Origin: Rikenellaceae bacterium
Lineage (GTDB): Bacteria; Bacteroidota; Bacteroidia; Bacteroidales; Rikenellaceae
Assembly: GCA_047172505.1 (NCBI GenBank)
Contig: JBCQWE010000007.1
Coordinates: 5,198 to 69,197, forward strand
DNA: 64,000 nt
Reading direction: 5' to 3'
The position numbers and the translations under genes were made by a program. Under the pieces are notes generated by a model. That model searched no databases. It was not told where the DNA came from and saw nothing but the letters and a program-made list of their open reading frames with translations. Positions 10,600 through 20,644 of the stretch are shown in pieces (positions within the stretch are counted from its first letter, which is position 1; the number at the start of each line of letters is the position of its first letter).

Positions 10600-10614
10600 A
10601 TTTCGCACAAAGTT

Positions 10615-12219
10615 ATGAATTACACCAAACGAGCGGCACTGCTGTGCTGCACCTGCTATATTGTGCTCATCGCATTGAGCTTCATCCCGCCGCAGAAAGT
10701 TCGTGGCGTGGAGCTTCGGCGCGCCAATGTCCTCTCCGATATTTTTTCGTTTAGCGCCGACAAAGTGGCAAGCGATGTCGAACTTATAATCGACACCCAG
10801 GAGTACGAAGTCGACATGGAGAGTGTGGCAAAACAGGTCGAGGCGGTGGGTGTAAGCACCCCATCGGTCGAGAGCAACTTCGCGTGGAGTCAAGCCGATT
10901 TCACCTCGGAGGGTGATTCTCTGCGCCCTCGTGCGGGTAACTCGCCCTTTGTTCCGCTGCTCAAAGGGGTTGAGATCACACCCATCGAGAGCTACGACAC
11001 AACTTCGCTTACGCCCCTCTCGCGCTTCTACCGCAAACTCCTCGCGCCCGATTCTCTGGTGCGCATCGCGGTTTTGGGCGACTCATTTATCGAGGCCGAC
11101 ATCATCACGGCCGACCTGCGCGAGGCGCTACAAAATCAATATGGAGGCTGCGGAGTTGGTTTTGCTCCAATGCACTCGCCACTCACACAATACCGCTCGA
11201 CGATCAAAACAACGGCCAGCGGATGGACCTCGCACAACGTCATGCAGCACCGCAAGACCCCCGAGCCATACTCCCAACTTTTCCCCATCGCGGGTTGGGT
11301 GTCACTCCCTGAGGCGGGGGCAACCACCACGTGGCAATGTACCACGGCGCGCGAGAATATCGACTCGTGCCACTGCGTGCGCCTCTTTTTTGTGGCGCTC
11401 AACGACTGCGCGATCGAGGTTACGCTCAACGACTCACAAACGCGCACCTTTAATATAAAGGGTGGCGACAAGACTTTGCGCCAAATCGAACTGCGCCAAC
11501 CCTCGATCTCGAAGGTGAAGATGCGGGTTGCCTCGGGCGTGAGCGGCTTTGTGGGCTACGGTGCGCTCTTCGAAGGCGAGCGGGGCGTGGTTGTCGACAA
11601 CTACTCGGTGCGCAGCAACAACGGACAGGCGATGTTCTGGACCTCGCCTGCTATCAATGCACAGATCGACAAGCGTTTAGGGGGTTATGACATGGTGATC
11701 CTCCAATATGGACTCAACATCATGCAGAGTGGCGTGAATAAATACACGGCCTATGCAACGCAGGTCGAAAAGATGATTAACTACGCCCAAAAGTGCTTCC
11801 CCGAGGCGGCAATCGTGGTGATGGGAGTGAGCGATCGCTCCTACAAGATCAATGGCATATATCAACCCATGAGCGAAGCGAAGAGCCTCACCGAGTACCA
11901 ACGCGGAGCCGCGAAAGCCCGCGGGGTGAACTTCTGGGAGAGCTACGCCGCGATGCAGGCGCAAGGTGGCATGAGCAAATTTGTGGCCAACGGTTGGGCA
12001 GGAAAAGATTTTACGCACATCAACCTCAAAGGTGGCAGGCAGATAGCCTGGGCACTGACCGATGCTATCAATAAAGGGGTTGAGGCAGAGCGCGCAACGA
12101 TAGTCTATAAAGTTGATTACGAGCCAATTATCGACTCGCTTGCCTCCCGCGAATTGGAGGATAGATTAGAGGATAAGCGCCGACTGCAACTACCTGTGCA
12201 GCAACTTGAGCAACGTTAG
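10615..12219 (+). CDS. SGNH/GDSL-family periplasmic O-acetyltransferase (PatB-like)
   Basis: LGDS block I, QYGLN block III, DFTH block V; N-terminal anchor; adjacent to MBOAT gene. Confidence 0.8.
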   Translation: MNYTKRAALLCCTCYIVLIALSFIPPQKVRGVELRRANVLSDIFSFSADKVASDVELIIDTQEYEVDMESVAKQVEAVGVSTPSVESNFAWSQADFTSEGDSLRPRAGNSPFVPLLKGVEITPIESYDTTSLTPLSRFYRKLLAPDSLVRIAVLGDSFIEADIITADLREALQNQYGGCGVGFAPMHSPLTQYRSTIKTTASGWTSHNVMQHRKTPEPYSQLFPIAGWVSLPEAGATTTWQCTTARENIDSCHCVRLFFVALNDCAIEVTLNDSQTRTFNIKGGDKTLRQIELRQPSISKVKMRVASGVSGFVGYGALFEGERGVVVDNYSVRSNNGQAMFWTSPAINAQIDKRLGGYDMVILQYGLNIMQSGVNKYTAYATQVEKMINYAQKCFPEAAIVVMGVSDRSYKINGIYQPMSEAKSLTEYQRGAAKARGVNFWESYAAMQAQGGMSKFVANGWAGKDFTHINLKGGRQIAWALTDAINKGVEAERATIVYKVDYEPIIDSLASRELEDRLEDKRRLQLPVQQLEQR

Positions 12220-12223
12220 AGGG

Positions 12224-13729
12224 ATGATAGGAGTAGAAATTGAGCAAAATTTATTGGCTAAAGTGGTCGAGCTGTTGAGCTACGATAGCGCGCAGCCGAT
12301 GATCTTTAGTAGTGGAATTTTTCTGCTGCTATTTTGCGGTTTCATGCTTATATACAGCGCTTTGCGCAACCGCACCACGGCCCGAATACTCTACGTTATA
12401 GCCTTTTCGCTCTACTTCTACTACAAATCGAGCGGCCTTTACTTGGTGCTGCTGTTCTTCTCGGCGGTGAGCGACTTTCTTCTCGGCGGAGCCATCCATC
12501 GCGCTGCTACGCAGCGATCTAAGAAGTGGCTGGTGGCGCTGAGTGTGATGATAAATTTAGGCATGCTCGCCTACTTTAAGTATACAAATTTCTTTATCGA
12601 GGTTGCCTCGGGGCTCTTCGGCGAGGGTTTCTTGGAGTTCCAGAATATATTCCTGCCCGTGGGAATCTCGTTCTTCGTGTTCCAATCTATGAGCTACACG
12701 ATAGACATCTATCGCGCTCGTATTGAGCCACTTCGCCGCTTCGAAGATTACCTTTTCTACCTTAGTTTCTTCCCGCAACTCGTGGCGGGACCCATCGTGC
12801 GAGCCAAAGATTTTTTGCCCCAGATCCGCAAGCCGCTCCACGTGAGCCGCGAGATGTTCTCCACGGCGATATTTTTGGTGGTTACGGGCCTCTTCAAAAA
12901 GGCAATTATCTCGGACTATATTTCGCTAAATTTTGTCGATAGGGTCTTCGACGAGCCTCTGTTATACTCTGGCCTAGAGTCGCTTATGGCCATCTATGGT
13001 TACGCTCTACAGATCTACTGCGACTTCTCGGGCTACTCCGACATGGCTATAGGTTTGGCGCTGCTGCTCGGCTTTAAGTTCCCTAAAAACTTCGATGCCC
13101 CCTATAAATCGGCCACGATAACCGAATTTTGGCGACGTTGGCACATCTCGCTCTCGTCGTGGCTGCGCGACTACCTCTACATTTCGCTAGGTGGAAACCG
13201 TAAAGGTAAGTTTAGAACCTACGTCAACTTGCTGATAACTATGGTCCTGGGAGGATTGTGGCACGGCGCAGCCATTCGCTTCGTGTTGTGGGGTGCACTC
13301 CACGGCACCGCCTTGGCGCTGCACAAAATATGGATGTCGGTGTTCCCCTGGGCAAAGAGCAGCGGCGAGCAGATGAACCCCGCGGTGCGCATCGTGAGCA
13401 CCCTTTTCACCTTTCACATAGTATGCTTGGGGTGGCTCCTCTTCCGCGCCGATTCGATGCTGATAGTAGAGGTGATGTTATCGCAAATTTTCAATAACTT
13501 CAACGCGGCACTCTTGCCCCAATTTATCGCGGGCTACGGCGCTATCGCCATACTCCTCGCTCTTGGATTCTTACTCCACCTGCTCCCCTCGGCACTCAAC
13601 GCGTGGGCTTGCAGAGTGCTCGCAAAGGGTGGTTTCGTGCTCCAAGTCATCGTCGTCGTGGCGATGATATGGTGCGTTATGCAGATGAAATCGAGCGAGA
13701 TTCAACCGTTTATTTACTTCCAGTTTTAG
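12224..13729 (+). CDS. MBOAT O-acyltransferase (AlgI/PatA/DltB family)
   Basis: LPVGISFFVFQ, FFPQLVAGPI, DFSGYSDMA, FWRRWHISLS, GLWHGA, PFIYFQF. Confidence 0.95.
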   Translation: MIGVEIEQNLLAKVVELLSYDSAQPMIFSSGIFLLLFCGFMLIYSALRNRTTARILYVIAFSLYFYYKSSGLYLVLLFFSAVSDFLLGGAIHRAATQRSKKWLVALSVMINLGMLAYFKYTNFFIEVASGLFGEGFLEFQNIFLPVGISFFVFQSMSYTIDIYRARIEPLRRFEDYLFYLSFFPQLVAGPIVRAKDFLPQIRKPLHVSREMFSTAIFLVVTGLFKKAIISDYISLNFVDRVFDEPLLYSGLESLMAIYGYALQIYCDFSGYSDMAIGLALLLGFKFPKNFDAPYKSATITEFWRRWHISLSSWLRDYLYISLGGNRKGKFRTYVNLLITMVLGGLWHGAAIRFVLWGALHGTALALHKIWMSVFPWAKSSGEQMNPAVRIVSTLFTFHIVCLGWLLFRADSMLIVEVMLSQIFNNFNAALLPQFIAGYGAIAILLALGFLLHLLPSALNAWACRVLAKGGFVLQVIVVVAMIWCVMQMKSSEIQPFIYFQF

Positions 13730-13772
13730 GCCACTTTCAATCAAAATTACCTACTAATTGCGATCCCCAAGA

Positions 13773-13804
13773 TTTGGTAGTGTAGCAAAAAGAGCCTATA
13801 TTTG
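13773..13804 (+). promoter_or_regulatory. Consensus Bacteroidota sigma-A promoter (-33 TTTG, -7 TAnnTTTG)
   Basis: TTTG at 13773-13776, 20-nt spacer, TATATTTG at 13797-13804; ATG at 13826. Confidence 0.75.
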
Positions 13805-13825
13805 CGCTGTGAAACAAAAAAAATA

Positions 13826-14200
13826 ATGGGATTGACTAGTAATTTTTCAATATTGAAAGGTCGAAGATCGTTGGCGGGAGTGCTTCTGCTGATCATCTCG
13901 GCGTACTATGTCAACTCGACAATGTTCTACCACGACCACATTGTCGGTGGGGTGAAGGTAACTCACTCTCACTTCTTCTCGAAATTTCACACCGACTTTT
14001 CGAGCAACGGAGGTCACGACCTTGAGGCGGTAAAGCTCATCGCTTCGCTTAGCGAAATCGCTCTCGAAGAGCAAAATTTTGAGTTCCACGTCGAGCCCAC
14101 AGTCTCGATCGTCGAGGCCGCAACCCACACATACTCTACCCTAAAAGCAGTGGCTCCCTTCGTTGAGTCACGCTCGCTTCGTGCGCCTCCTCGCGCTTAA
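13826..14200 (+). CDS. His-rich membrane-targeted leader ORF ending in RAPP (putative ribosome-arrest uORF)
   Basis: 124 aa; hydrophobic segment at residues 16-29, HDH-x8-HSH, further His at 55 and 64, C-terminal LRAPPRA*; A-rich context before ATG; own promoter. Confidence 0.75.
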   Translation: MGLTSNFSILKGRRSLAGVLLLIISAYYVNSTMFYHDHIVGGVKVTHSHFFSKFHTDFSSNGGHDLEAVKLIASLSEIALEEQNFEFHVEPTVSIVEAATHTYSTLKAVAPFVESRSLRAPPRA

Positions 14201-14306
14201 AGAGTATATCATAGGCAACATACAACACAATCAAAAAGCCACTTGCTACACGCAGGGGGCTGATAGCTACCACTATGTCGTGGCAGTTACCCGCATTCGC
14301 ACAACT

Positions 14307-14606
14307 TAGTAGTGATGCGTTAAACTATAGTCGTCATTCTGAACTTGATTCAGAATCTCAAAATTAGAGGAAGAGATTGCGGATCAAGTCCGCAATGACG
14401 GAAAGAAGAGATTGCGGATCAAGTCCGCAATGACGGAAAAGAAGAGATTGCGGATCAAGTCCGCAATGACGGAAAGAAGAGATTGCGGATCAAGTCCGCA
14501 ATGACGTGTTAAATAAAATTTATATTCAAATCGTTTATTTATTTGATATAAATACCTATATATCAATTAGATGTAATAATTTAAAAAGGTTAATGCATCA
14601 CTAGTA
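14307..14606 (+). mobile_element. MITE-like REP cassette, shell type 1, copy 2
   Basis: TIR TAGTAGTGATGCGTTAA vs reverse-complemented right end TACTAGTGATGCATTAA (15/17); one CGTCATTCTGAACTTGATTCAGAATCTC plus four GAGATTGCGGATCAAGTCCGCAATGACG; tail alignable to copy 4. Confidence 0.85.
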
Positions 14607-14639
14607 TCGTATAATACAAATCAAACAATAAGTTTTAAA

Positions 14640-16976
14640 ATGAAAAAATTAGCTTTAACAGCAATAATTGTGCTTTGCGCAGCAGCGACTTACGCAGCAC
14701 AATTGACAGGAATTAACATTACAGGACACGTTGTCGACCAGAAAAAAGGCAATCACATCCCCTACGCAACAATCGCTATCGTCGGCACATCGATGGGTAC
14801 TGCGGCCGATGGCACGGGACACTTCAACTTGAAGGATGTGGAGAATGGTGAATACATCATCGAGGCATCTATGATGGGTTATAGCCCAGTGCAAAAGAAG
14901 ATCGTCGTTGATGGTTCGAACAAAAAAATCGACATCAATTTCACCTTGAACGAAGATGTGATGTCGCTAGACCAAGTTGTTGTTTCGTCGACTCGTAGCG
15001 CAACGCTTCGTCGCAACTCGCCAAACTTGGTGAGCATGCTCTCGGGCGACCTTTTCAACACTGTCAACGCTCCAACATTGGCCGATGGACTTTCGTTCCA
15101 AACAGGTGTGCGCGTGGAAAACAACTGCCAAAACTGCGGTTTTACTCAGGTGCGTATCAACGGTTTGGAGGGTAGCTACTCGCAGATCATGGTCGATTCT
15201 CGCCCTCTATTCTCGGCTTTGGTAGGTGTTTATGGCTTGGAGCAGATTCCCGCAAATATGATCGACCGCGTAGAGGTTGTTCGTGGCGGTGGCTCGGCAC
15301 TTTATGGCTCTTCGGCAATCGGTGGTACCATCAATATCATCACTAAGACTCCAGAGTACAACAGCACAGAGTTCGCTCACAACCTCACTTCGATAGGTAT
15401 GAGCGGCGCGTTGGATAATAGCACAACTGTCAACACTTCAGTAGTTTCAGACAATCAGCGCGTTGGTCTATCGCTCTATGCACAAACTCGCTCTCGCGAT
15501 GGCTACGATGCCAACGACGACGGTTTCACCGAGATCACCGAGTTGGAGTCGCACACCTTTGGCTTGCGCTCGTTCCTCAAAACTAGCGACTTTAGCCGCT
15601 TATCGTTGCAATTCGACTCATCGAACGAGTATCGCCGCGGTGGCGACAACCTCGACTTGCCAGCGCACGATGCGGATGTGAGCATCGCAGAGATGGTCGA
15701 GCACCAAATCACTAGTGGAGGCCTAAACTATGACCTCTTCTCGCACGATTACAAGCGTTCATTTAACATCTTCTCGACCTTGCAAAGCACCAATCGCGAC
15801 AGCTTCTACGGTGGTGGCGAGGCAAATATGGCTTACGGAACAACCTCTGAGCTATTGTGGGTTTCGGGAGCGCAACTTACCCAAGAGTTCGACAAGCTTC
15901 TCTTCCTTCCTTCGCAGTTCATCGCAGGTGTGGAGTACAACTTCAGCGACCTAAGCGACGAGTACCTACAACAAGATTGGGAGCCAACAAAACAAAAGGT
16001 AAATGTAGCGAGCTTGTATTTGCAGAATGAGTGGAAAACCGACAACTTGGGTATCCTTATCGGTGGTCGTGTAGACTACAACGATTATATCAGTAAGGCT
16101 ATCTTCTCGCCACGTGTGAATGTGCGTTACAACCCTTCTGAGAATGTTAACCTTCGTGCGACATACTCTACAGGTTTCCGCTCGCCACAAGCCTTCGACG
16201 AGGACCTTCACATCGAGGTGAATCAAGGTGGCTTCGTGCGACACGCTCTAGCCGACGACCTCATCGAAGAGACCTCGCAGAGCTTTAGCCTCTCGGCAGA
16301 CCTTTACCACAACTTTGGCGATGTTAAGGCAAACCTTCTTGTCGAGGGTTTCTACACCGTGCTCGACAATGTGTTTGTTTGTACACGCACCTACTTCGAC
16401 GAAGATGGTAACGAGATCGTCGACTTCGACGAGGAGGAGGGCGAGTACTCATACGCGATGGATGTTCGTCGCAACGGCGCTATCGCAACAGTGAAGGGTG
16501 TTACCGTTGAGGGTCGTTTGGCATTCCCCAACAACTTGCAACTTCAAGCTGGCGCGACATACCAAAAGAGCCTCTACAGCGAGCCCGAGGTGTGGAGCAG
16601 CAACGCCGAGGCTACAGAGCAGATGCTTCGCACTCCCGACCTTTACGGATACTTCACAGCATCGTATAGCCCCGCGCAGAGCCTAACTTTGGCGCTTTCG
16701 GGAACCTACACTGGCCGCATGTATGTCGAGCACGCAGCAGGATATATCGAGGAGGATACCATTGAGCACACACCCGACTTCTGGGATGCTAACTTCAAAC
16801 TAACATACAACTTCACATTGAGTCAATCGCTTCGCACACAACTCCACGTGGGCGTAAACAACATCTTCAACCAATATCAGTCGGACTTCGACAAGGATGC
16901 CGACCGCGATGCAGGATATGTTTACGGACCAATGTTGCCTCGTAGCTTTAACTGCGGCGTGAAGTTTATGTTCTAG
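14640..16976 (+). CDS. TonB-dependent outer membrane receptor with CxxC plug motif
   Basis: Signal peptide, N-terminal carboxypeptidase-regulatory-like domain, QVVVSST TonB box, plug ENNCQNCG...IDRVEVVRGGGSALYGSSAIGGTINIIT, terminal Phe. Confidence 0.93.
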   Translation: MKKLALTAIIVLCAAATYAAQLTGINITGHVVDQKKGNHIPYATIAIVGTSMGTAADGTGHFNLKDVENGEYIIEASMMGYSPVQKKIVVDGSNKKIDINFTLNEDVMSLDQVVVSSTRSATLRRNSPNLVSMLSGDLFNTVNAPTLADGLSFQTGVRVENNCQNCGFTQVRINGLEGSYSQIMVDSRPLFSALVGVYGLEQIPANMIDRVEVVRGGGSALYGSSAIGGTINIITKTPEYNSTEFAHNLTSIGMSGALDNSTTVNTSVVSDNQRVGLSLYAQTRSRDGYDANDDGFTEITELESHTFGLRSFLKTSDFSRLSLQFDSSNEYRRGGDNLDLPAHDADVSIAEMVEHQITSGGLNYDLFSHDYKRSFNIFSTLQSTNRDSFYGGGEANMAYGTTSELLWVSGAQLTQEFDKLLFLPSQFIAGVEYNFSDLSDEYLQQDWEPTKQKVNVASLYLQNEWKTDNLGILIGGRVDYNDYISKAIFSPRVNVRYNPSENVNLRATYSTGFRSPQAFDEDLHIEVNQGGFVRHALADDLIEETSQSFSLSADLYHNFGDVKANLLVEGFYTVLDNVFVCTRTYFDEDGNEIVDFDEEEGEYSYAMDVRRNGAIATVKGVTVEGRLAFPNNLQLQAGATYQKSLYSEPEVWSSNAEATEQMLRTPDLYGYFTASYSPAQSLTLALSGTYTGRMYVEHAAGYIEEDTIEHTPDFWDANFKLTYNFTLSQSLRTQLHVGVNNIFNQYQSDFDKDADRDAGYVYGPMLPRSFNCGVKFMF

Positions 16977-17009
16977 TTTAGATCGCTTTTAGTTTAAAAT
17001 AGGAAGTAG

Positions 17010-17045
17010 AATCCTGCGTTGAAAATTCATTTTCAACGCAGGATT
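17010..17045 (+). terminator. Perfect 16-bp stem hairpin after the TonB receptor, likely terminator
   Basis: AATCCTGCGTTGAAAA-TTCA-TTTTCAACGCAGGATT followed by TATT. Confidence 0.6.
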
Positions 17046-17084
17046 TATTAAATGCATTTTGGCATTTAAACCCAAGTCGAGGCC

Positions 17085-17289
17085 ACCTCGTTGATGTGTG
17101 ATGGCAACCGCAGGTTGGCATAGATATATGTGGTATGACAAGCGTTGAAAGCTTGCTTTCATAAGATTGGCGTAGCACATACATCGCCCAGGCGAAGCCT
17201 CACACAATCAGTGCAATAAAGGTCAAAAACCAAAGGTTTTTGGGTCCAAGCTCGCTTGGTGCCCGCGCGGCATAAGCGCAGTAAGAGAG
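17085..17289 (+). repeat. Multi-hairpin dispersed repeat, family B, copy 1
   Basis: Collinear with the reverse complement of 30685-30887 and of 44210-44354; five small hairpins. Confidence 0.85.
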
Positions 17290-17393
17290 TTATTTTTCAT
17301 GCGGTCACCCTAAAAAAAATAGCAGATAATATAGTAATTCTAAGATATTTTGCGTAATTTCGCATAACTACTTTGCCTTGAATCTATATTGTT

Positions 17394-20300
17394 ATGAAAG
17401 TGAGAAAAATACTATTGGGTGTTGCGATATTTTTCGCGACGATTATTGCTATTTTAAGCATCGCTATAACGCTTGTTGCCACCCCCGAATTCCTTACGCC
17501 AAAGGTTGTCGCGGCGGCGCAGCAGAGTATCAACAGCGAATTTTCGGTCAAGAGCATCGACCTTTCGCTCTTCGAAAGGTTCCCTAACCTCACGCTCAAA
17601 ATAGACTCGTTGCGCATCACTCAAACCAAGGATAGTATCCCCGACCTTCTTTTTGCTCGCGAGTGTAGAGTTGCTATCGATCCTGTGGCGATACTTTTCA
17701 AGCGCATTGTTGTCAACCACCTTTCGTTGCGCGATGCACACTTTACATCTACGTCGACTCGCTGCACGGCCCTCTAAAGACCTTTGCGCTCGACATGGAG
17801 GATCAAGAGGAGGTTGCCGCCGACACCACATCGACATTCGACATGGGAGATTACAGTTTCTTGCTGCGCCGCACGCAGATTGACTCGATGCAACTTGTTG
17901 TCGACGACCGCACCCGAGAATTTTACACGCGCATCGATAACTTCGGCGCGAAGCTCTCGCTGAGTCTCTCGTCGAGCGTCAGCAAGATGGATGTAAAGAC
18001 AGGTTTCGGCAACGCCATCGTGTGGCGCAAGGGCGATTTGCTCGTCAAAAAAACTTCGATGGATCTGGAAACCAGGATGTTGATCGATCAAGATTCGATG
18101 AAGCTAAGTTTCAAAAAGGCCAACTTGCGGGTCAATGGCATAGATTTCAAATCGAGTGGCAAGCTTCGTCGCGACACCGTGTCGCAGAATATTTTGGTCG
18201 ATGTCACCTCGTCGCTCAGCACCCCCTCGCTAGCCGAATTCCTCACTCTGATACCCTCGTCGATGATCGATGGCAAGGAGAAGATCACCACGCAAGGCGA
18301 AGTGGCATTCGATGTGAAGGTCGAAGGAGAGTGGGGCGAAGATGTTATGCCCACGGTCTCGACCACGATCAAAATTGACAAGGCTAAGGCGCGCTACGCT
18401 TCGCGCAAAATTGCACTGGAAAATGTCAGCTGCGATGGCTTCGCCTTTGTCGACTTCAACACCCCAGCATTGAGCTATGTCGACATTAAACGGCTCAATA
18501 TCAACACTTCCGATATTATCGATTTGGACGTTACAGGTAAAGTCAAGAACTTCATGGGGTCGCCCGAGATCGATCTGGCAGTGGTCTCGCAGATCGACTT
18601 CGACCGCTTCACCGAGGTCTTTCCGCTCAACGAGGGAATAATATGTAGTGGTAGTAACACAAGCAATATTAAGGCTCAATTCTCGCTATCCGACGTGATG
18701 GATGGCAACTACGCGAGGCTCAACATCGATGGCGAATCGACATTCAAAGATTTGGAGATGTCGTTCGATGCAAGCAAATTTGTGCAGGACTCCTCGTCGA
18801 CGGCATACCTATATATAAAAGCGAACCAGGGCAAGATGCTCTTTGGCGACAAGGCGGAAGCCGACACTACAAATAGCCGCACGCTGCGCTCGAAGATCAA
18901 CTTTTCGGGAATTAATTACCAGGCCAAAAGTGGCGAATATATGTCGATCAACGACATTGAGGTCTCGGCAGGAGCCAACTTTGATCGCGCAACATCGGCA
19001 GTTAATGGTATGGGTATCAAAGGTTTGGCCAAGAACGCGAGCGTCGGAATCGACTCGCTCTTCGCCGCTACCTTAGAGAGTTCCGACATCCGTTTGATGA
19101 TCGCCCCCAAGAACGATAAGCGCGAAACGATCATCAAAGCGACCATCGCCAGCGACCAAATCAAGGCCGAGGAGCCGACGTTCAACTCAACGATGTCGCT
19201 CACCTCGGTCAATATGAGCCTCAATATGCAACGCATCGCCGAGCGCGATTGGGACACTGCGGGCACTGTAAGTTTCTCGGATTTCGGCATGTATAGCGAC
19301 ATCTTCCCGCTCGACATCGCCATCCCCAAAAGCACCGTCACGCTCGACAACAAGATCATCTACCTGAAAAATGCGAGCATGTCGGTGGGTGAAAGCAAAT
19401 TTAAGGCTACGGGCCACATCACCAACATAATCCAAAAATTCTTCATCGACCCCGACGTCTCTATCTCGGGCGAGCTCGCGATCAATGCCAAGCTGTTAAA
19501 TATTAGCGAGTTGATGGAGGCTTCGAATGAAAGTTTTGCCCTTTTCGAAGAGGAGGAGGAGACCACAGAGGTTGCCGCGACGGAGAGCACAAGCACTATA
19601 CTTATTGCAGAGGTGCAAGCGGCTCAGGTAGCCGAAGTAGTCGCAGAGCCCGCCCCAGAACCTACGCCAGAGCCAATCGCGGAGCCACTTATCGCAGTCG
19701 CAGAGCCAACTACAGAGCCCGCCACCGAACCCGCAGTTCGAAGCGAGCGTAGAGCTCCCGCCGACACAATCTCTACCGATTCCTTGCCTCGTCGCCGCAT
19801 GCGCACCGACTCCCTGGGTCGACAGATGCCCCCTCCTGCCGCAGGAGCGCTATTTCTAGTGCCGCGCGGTGTCGATTTCGTTTTCGACCTTAATGTCGAA
19901 AAGGCGCTATTCGAAGATGCCGAGATTGAAGATATGGCGGGTCGCGCAATAATCAAAAAAGGGGCCCTTGCCCTCGAAAAACTCACGCTCAAGGCGATAG
20001 GAGCCGAGGCCTCGGGTGCGCTAACGTATAGCAACCGCGGTCGTGCGGGGGCCAACGTAGCCTTCATCATGAGCCTGAGCGAGGTCGATATTAACCGAAT
20101 CGGCGAACTTGTCCCCTCGATCAATACGATGTTCCCCATGCTCCAATCTTTCGAAGGCATGGTCAACTTCGAGATCAAGGCAAACACCAACCTCACGCGT
20201 GATGCCGAGCTGGATATAAACTCACTAAAAAGCAGCATGTTCTTCAAAGGTCGCGACCTGGTTTTGATGGATAGCGAGACCTTTGCCGACCTCTCTAAAA

Positions 20301-20638
20301 CGCTGATGTTCAAGAATAAAGACCGCAACTTGATCGACTCGCTCGAAGCATACGCCCTTGTCGAAGGCTCGAAAGTCGACCTGCTGCCATTCTCGATGTC
20401 GATGGATCGTTATACCGCAATTATTGGTGGTACGCAGAATATCGACCCCACAACGTTCGATGTCGATTACCAATACAACATCTCGATTATCAAGTCGCCA
20501 CTCCCCTTCAAAGCGGGTGTAGACATCAACGGAGACCTCGTCGACTTTAGCTTCAAGATCACCACCGCGAAGCTCAAAAACGCCGACTTCGACGAGCAAC
20601 GCGCAATTTACGAGCAGTATCGTGATAGTATAAAATAG
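17394..20638 (+). pseudogene. AsmA-family protein split by a 1-nt frameshift near 17740 (true lesion or assembly error)
   Basis: ORF 17394-17777 has an AsmA-type N-terminus (TM anchor, SIDLSLFERFPNLTL); the frame of ORF 17795-20638 is open upstream to about 17741 (LYIYVDSLHGPLKTF); AsmA-like C-terminus. Confidence 0.75.
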
Positions 20639-20644
20639 TGTTTT

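Noticed and set aside
14201-14306. Cobalamin riboswitch upstream of the TonB receptor (GCCACT seen)
   Set aside because: The other conserved blocks (GGGAA, GCAACTGT, B12 box) are absent.
14382-14506. Four 28-nt palindromic repeats resembling a CRISPR array
   Set aside because: Spacers are only 7-8 nt and nearly identical, the same unit is scattered singly across the window, and no cas genes are present.
14384-14566. 60-aa minus-strand ORF with VIADLIRNL repeats
   Set aside because: It is just the translation of the REP array.
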